DNA of 56,529 nt, from assembly GCA_035565515.1 (NCBI GenBank), contig DATMSG010000114.1:1-56529 (forward strand), written 5' to 3'. Source of the DNA: Devosia sp. Lineage in GTDB: Bacteria; Pseudomonadota; Alphaproteobacteria; Rhizobiales; Devosiaceae. The notes below the pieces were generated by a model. The model was not told the origin of the DNA and did not search any database. It saw only the letters and a program-made list of their open reading frames with translations. Below are positions 50,799 through 56,529 of the stretch, piece after piece; position 1 is the stretch's first letter; the number at the start of each line of letters is the position of its first letter. A program made the translations under genes and the position numbers.

Positions 50799-52144
50799 TG
50801 GTTTTTCTCCTCGGCGAGGGGAAGCAGGTAGCCGGTGACCGCAGTGGCCGGGCGCAGGTATTTGGCGGCGACGGCTTTGATTTCGTCGGCCGTGACGGCA
50901 CGGATGCGATCGGGCCATTCGGCGACATCGGCAATCGAACGGTCGGTTGTCAGCCAGAGCCCATAGGTCTGGGCCATGTTGACCTGATCATCCCTGGCGA
51001 AAATCGTGCTGCGGATGAAGCGGGTCTTGACCCGATCGAGTTCGGCCTCGGAAATGCCATTGGTAATGATATCGTCGATCTCGGCGTCGATGGCCGCTTC
51101 AAGCGCTTCGATCGTTGTGCCGGGGCGCGGGGCGCCGTAAAGCACAAAACGGCCATAGTCGAATGCGCCGCCATCGTAGCTGGCGCGGGCTTGCGCAGCT
51201 ATGCCGGCCTCGACCACCAGCGCCTGATAGAGCCGGCTCTGCGGACCATCGCTCAGGATTGCGGAAAGCACGTCAAGCGCTTCGGCTTCGCCGGCCTCGG
51301 CCTGGCGATAGCTCGGCACGACCCAGTTGCGCGTAAAGCTTGGCAGCGAGACGCGGGCGTCACGCAGTGTAACGGTACGGCTGGCTTGCGCCGGTGGCTC
51401 TTGCGGGCGTGCCCTGGGTGGCAGTTCGGGGCCACGCCCGACCTTGCCATAGGTGTCTTCTGCCATCTGCCTGACGGCCTCCGCATCGACGTCTCCGGCA
51501 ACCACCACGAGGGCATTGTTGGGCGCATAGTGCTGGCCGTAAAAAGACAATGCGTCTTCGCGACCAAGGGCTTCGATCTCGTGTGCCCAGCCGATCACCG
51601 GAATGCGATAGGGGTGGTTCTGAAAGAGCGTTGCCGAGACTTGTTCGGCCAGAATCGAACCCGGTTGCAATTCGACGCGCTGCCGGCGCTCGTCGAGCAC
51701 CACGGACCGCTCGGCGGCGATGACCTCTTCGGGCAGAACGAGGTTGCGCATGCGGTCGGCCTCGATGTCCATCATCTGGCCCAGAGCATCGGGCGGCACC
51801 GTTTCGAAATAAACCGTAACGTCTGCCGTAGTGAAGGCGTTGAGCTGGCCGCCAAGCTCGTTGACCGTCGTTTCGAGTGTGCCGGCGGGATATTTTGCAG
51901 TGCCCTTGAACATCAGGTGCTCGAGGAAATGGGCGACGCCCGATTGCCCCGCCGGATCATCCGCGCCGCCGGTGCGGTACCATACCATATGCGTCACCAC
52001 GGGTGCGCGCCGATCGGGAATCACCACGAGTTCGAGGCCATTATCGAGCGTGAAGTGACTGACCGGAGGGAGCGGGCTTTCCTGGGCTGCCACGGGCAGG
52101 GCGGCGGCCAGGGCAGCCACAAGGGCAATCGTCGGACGGTTCAT
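50795..52144 (-). CDS. M16 (pitrilysin) family zinc peptidase
   Basis: AHFLEHLMFKGT, NAFT, HPY..PVIGW; signal peptide. Start 52144 or 52156. Confidence 0.93.
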   Translation of the reverse strand: MNRPTIALVAALAAALPVAAQESPLPPVSHFTLDNGLELVVIPDRRAPVVTHMVWYRTGGADDPAGQSGVAHFLEHLMFKGTAKYPAGTLETTVNELGGQLNAFTTADVTVYFETVPPDALGQMMDIEADRMRNLVLPEEVIAAERSVVLDERRQRVELQPGSILAEQVSATLFQNHPYRIPVIGWAHEIEALGREDALSFYGQHYAPNNALVVVAGDVDAEAVRQMAEDTYGKVGRGPELPPRARPQEPPAQASRTVTLRDARVSLPSFTRNWVVPSYRQAEAGEAEALDVLSAILSDGPQSRLYQALVVEAGIAAQARASYDGGAFDYGRFVLYGAPRPGTTIEALEAAIDAEIDDIITNGISEAELDRVKTRFIRSTIFARDDQVNMAQTYGLWLTTDRSIADVAEWPDRIRAVTADEIKAVAAKYLRPATAVTGYLLPLAEEKNQ

Positions 52145-52292
52145 GGTTCGGCGCATTCTCCGTTTGCGAGGCTGGGCATATGTGTGCGGCGGGATTGCAG
52201 GCAGAAGCAACCGGCCATTTCGGTCTGCGGTTGCCTAGCAAAGGCCTATCCCCTAAATACGGCGCAAATTTCTCATCTGAGGATCGCTCCGC

Positions 52293-53948
<1,656 letters not shown>

Positions 53949-53957
53949 GGTTTTAGG

Positions 53958-53982
53958 GGGCGCGGTGAGAACCGCGCCCTTC
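53958..53982 (+). terminator. Hairpin terminator after ettA
   Basis: GGGCGCGGT-GAGA-ACCGCGCCC followed by TT. Confidence 0.65.
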
Positions 53983-54141
53983 CAGTTTCAGCGGTGCGCG
54001 ACGAGGCCTTGGAATAACGTTCTCAAAGCGGGGTGCGGCAGAGAGCACTTTTGCCTCTTCGTTGCCACATTTGAACCCCCACGCTTCGATTTCTCTACCT
54101 GGCCCGTATAGATTTCCTTCAATTCATTTTGGAGGATTGCC

Positions 54142-55047
54142 ATGCGCTTCGCATCGTTTGCCGCCGCCGCTGCTTTTGTCGTTGCGGCTCCTGTTTTTGC
54201 CTTTGCGGCAGATGTCACCCCGCTCGTGACCGCCGAATGGCTCAAGGCGCATGCTGGCGACGAGAATGTCGCGATCATCGATATTCGCGACAAGATCGAC
54301 GAGACCGACCTGGGCGATCTGCCCTATATCGCCAATGCAGCTGTCGCGCCCTATGCCAGCGCCGGCTGGCGCACCGAGGTTGACGGCGTGCCGGGCCAGA
54401 TTCCGGCAGTCGAGCAGATCGCGGCGCTTATCGGCAGCCTCGGCGTCGACGCCGACGATCACGTGGTTATCGTGCCGTGGGGCACGGATTCGTCCGAATT
54501 CGGTGGCGCAACCCGCGTCTACTGGACCTTCAAATATCTCGGCCACGACGCCGTTTCGATCCTCGATGGCGGCTGGCGCCAGTATGACGCTGTCGGCGGC
54601 GAACGTGTTGCCGAGGCGGCCGTTCCGGCTGCTGCCGAGTTCCCGGTCAATGTTCGTCCCGAACTGCGCGCCACGACGCCGGACGTCGAAGCTGCGCTTG
54701 CCGATGGCACCAAGCTGATCGATGGCCGGCCGGAAGAGCAGTATCTCGGCCAGTCCAAGAGCCCGGTGGTCCGCATCGAGGGCACCATTCCCGGCGCCGT
54801 GAACATTCCCCACTCGAAGCTCTACAGCGCCGAATATGCCAGCTTCGCACTGCCCGAAACCGTTGCGGCGCTGGCGCAGGGCGCGGGCCTGGCCCAGGAC
54901 GAAAAGAACATCGTCTTCTGCAATACCGGCCACTGGGCTTCGATCGCCTGGTTCGCGCTCCATGAAGTTGGCGGCAATAAGAACACCGCCATGTATGACG
55001 GTTCGATGGCCGAATGGGCTGCCGATCCAGCCCGCCCGATCCAGTAA
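54142..55047 (+). CDS. Exported tandem-domain sulfurtransferase (rhodanese)
   Basis: Sec signal, ATRVYWTFK.LGH..VSILDGG, active loop CNTGHWA, YDGSMAEW. Confidence 0.93.
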   Translation: MRFASFAAAAAFVVAAPVFAFAADVTPLVTAEWLKAHAGDENVAIIDIRDKIDETDLGDLPYIANAAVAPYASAGWRTEVDGVPGQIPAVEQIAALIGSLGVDADDHVVIVPWGTDSSEFGGATRVYWTFKYLGHDAVSILDGGWRQYDAVGGERVAEAAVPAAAEFPVNVRPELRATTPDVEAALADGTKLIDGRPEEQYLGQSKSPVVRIEGTIPGAVNIPHSKLYSAEYASFALPETVAALAQGAGLAQDEKNIVFCNTGHWASIAWFALHEVGGNKNTAMYDGSMAEWAADPARPIQ

Positions 55048-55075
55048 GATCGCGGCTCGCAATAACTGATCTGGA

Positions 55076-55116
55076 TTTGGATGTTGCGCCGCAAGGCTGC
55101 AGCATCCAAACCTTTT
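55076..55116 (+). terminator. Intergenic hairpin with GCAA loop and short U-tract
   Basis: TTTGGATGTTGC-GCC-GCAA-GGC-T-GCAGCATCCAAA-CCTTTT. Confidence 0.55.
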
Positions 55117-55139
55117 AGAACTTTGCCATTTTGAGAATC

Positions 55140-56354
55140 ATGAGCGATATTTCCGCATCCGCGCCAAAATTCCTGCCGCCCGCCGTGGTGGATAGGGCTC
55201 CGCTTTTCGTCGCTGCCGCCATGTTGTTGGCCGGCTTTGCTTTCATCACCTGGCAGGTCGATCTGCGCCAGGGTACGCTGTTTCTGATCGGCGGCGGGCT
55301 GGGCGTGGCACTGTACCACGGCTCGTTCGGCTTTACGGGCGGCTGGAAGCGCATGGTGGTCGAAAAGCGCGGCCGCGGCATGCGGGCGCAAATGCTGACC
55401 ATCGGCGTTGCGGCATTGGCGATGATCCCGCTGGTGGCTGCCGGCAATATTGGCGGTCAGGCCATGGCCGGCGCCATGGCGCCGGTCGGCGTTTCGGTGC
55501 TGCTCGGGGCGGCCATATTCGGGCTCGGCATGCAGCTGGGTGGCGGCTGCGGTTCGGGTACGCTGTTCACAGTCGGCGGCGGTTCGGCGCGTATGCTGGT
55601 CACGCTGGTGTTTTTCATCATCGGCGCCGTCATCGGTACGGCGCATCTGCCGTTCTGGCTGCTGCAGCCGGCTCTGCCCGCGATGAGCCTCGGCGCGGAA
55701 CTGGGCGTCGGCTTTGCCATTGCGGCGACGATTGCCGGTCTTGCAGCCGTGGCCCTGGTCACCGCGCTGATCGAAAAGCGCGTGCATGGCAATATCGAGC
55801 CTGAGCCGGCCCCGGCGCGGCAGGGCTGGACCTGGATTCTCTATGGCCCCTGGCCGCTGGTCGGTGCAGGGCTGGTGCTCGCCCTGCTCAATATCGCGAC
55901 GCTGCTGCTGGCCGGGCATCCCTGGTCGATCACCTATGGTTTTGGCCTCTGGGGCGCCAAGATCGCTTCGGCCATCGGCATCCCCGTTGCGAGCTGGGAG
56001 TTCTGGACCTGGCCGGCCCAGGCCCAGGCGCTCAATTCCAGTGTGTTGGCCGATACCGTTTCCGTGATGGATTTCGGTCTGGTGCTCGGCGCTGCGGCGG
56101 CTGCCGCCATTGCCGGCAAATTCGCGCCCAAGGCAAAATTGCCACTCGGGTCGTTGCTGGCGGCCGTGACCGGTGGCCTCCTCATGGGCTATGGCGCGCG
56201 CCTGTCCTTTGGCTGCAATATCGGCGCATTGTTCTCAGGCATTGCGACCGGTAGTCTGCATGGCTGGCTGTGGTTCGCCGCCGCCTTTGCCGGATCTTTC
56301 GTGGGCGTCTGGCTGCGTCCCTTCTTCGGTCTTGATGGGTTCGCCAAGAAATGA
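55140..56354 (+). CDS. YeeE/YedE family sulfur-compound (thiosulfate) transporter
   Basis: FGLGMQLGGGCGSG and MGYGARLSFGCNIG repeats, multi-TM. Confidence 0.93.
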   Translation: MSDISASAPKFLPPAVVDRAPLFVAAAMLLAGFAFITWQVDLRQGTLFLIGGGLGVALYHGSFGFTGGWKRMVVEKRGRGMRAQMLTIGVAALAMIPLVAAGNIGGQAMAGAMAPVGVSVLLGAAIFGLGMQLGGGCGSGTLFTVGGGSARMLVTLVFFIIGAVIGTAHLPFWLLQPALPAMSLGAELGVGFAIAATIAGLAAVALVTALIEKRVHGNIEPEPAPARQGWTWILYGPWPLVGAGLVLALLNIATLLLAGHPWSITYGFGLWGAKIASAIGIPVASWEFWTWPAQAQALNSSVLADTVSVMDFGLVLGAAAAAAIAGKFAPKAKLPLGSLLAAVTGGLLMGYGARLSFGCNIGALFSGIATGSLHGWLWFAAAFAGSFVGVWLRPFFGLDGFAKK

Positions 56355-56529
56355 GCGCACGCAATACTCTGCTTTTCGGTGCCGCGCTCGCTGTCACCAC
56401 CGCCGCCATTGCCTATGACCACGTGACCAATCCGGTGCCGCCGCGTCCGAGCGCGCAGGCTGCGGCTTCGTCCGGTTCGGCGCCTTGCGCTGCCGGTGCC
56501 GCTCCATGTGCCGCAGGCGCGCCCGTTGC
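56351..56529 (+). CDS. Partial small exported/membrane-anchored protein with APCAAG repeats (runs off the window)
   Basis: ATGA overlap with the yeeE-like stop; MSARNTLLFGAALAVTTAAIAYDHVTNPVPPRPSAQAAASSGSAPCAAGAAPCAAGAPV... Confidence 0.7.
   Translation, partial: MSARNTLLFGAALAVTTAAIAYDHVTNPVPPRPSAQAAASSGSAPCAAGAAPCAAGAPV

Overview
GC-rich alphaproteobacterial chromosomal window; gene content suggests Hyphomicrobiales, Devosia-like (inference). In order it carries: a DUF2087-like gene, a LysE exporter, an ABC-F ATPase, a nucleoside hydrolase, AI-2E and Kef-type transporters, and a complete glycogen operon (glgP-glgB-glgC-glgA-pgm-glgX plus a metallophosphoesterase). On the minus strand follows a urea block, urtABCDE and ureD-A-J-B-C-E-F-G, interleaved with unrelated genes including an SDR broken by one in-frame TAG. 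A divergent permease-fused hybrid histidine kinase and a LuxR-type response regulator sit next to it. An unexplained surface/secretion locus (39.7-43.3 kb) contains a small Asn/Gly-rich amyloid-like secreted protein, an XRE regulator, an outer-membrane beta-barrel, a candidate sigma-EcfG-driven sRNA and a secreted protein with 12 Gly-X-Pro triplets. The window ends with an NMT1/SsuA-type ABC transporter, ppk2, an FdhF/YdeP oxidoreductase, an M16 peptidase pair, ettA, and a periplasmic rhodanese-YeeE module followed by a truncated PCAA-repeat peptide. No rRNA, tRNA, CRISPR array, transposase, integrase or phage genes were recognised. All family calls come from motif recognition by eye; no database searches were run.
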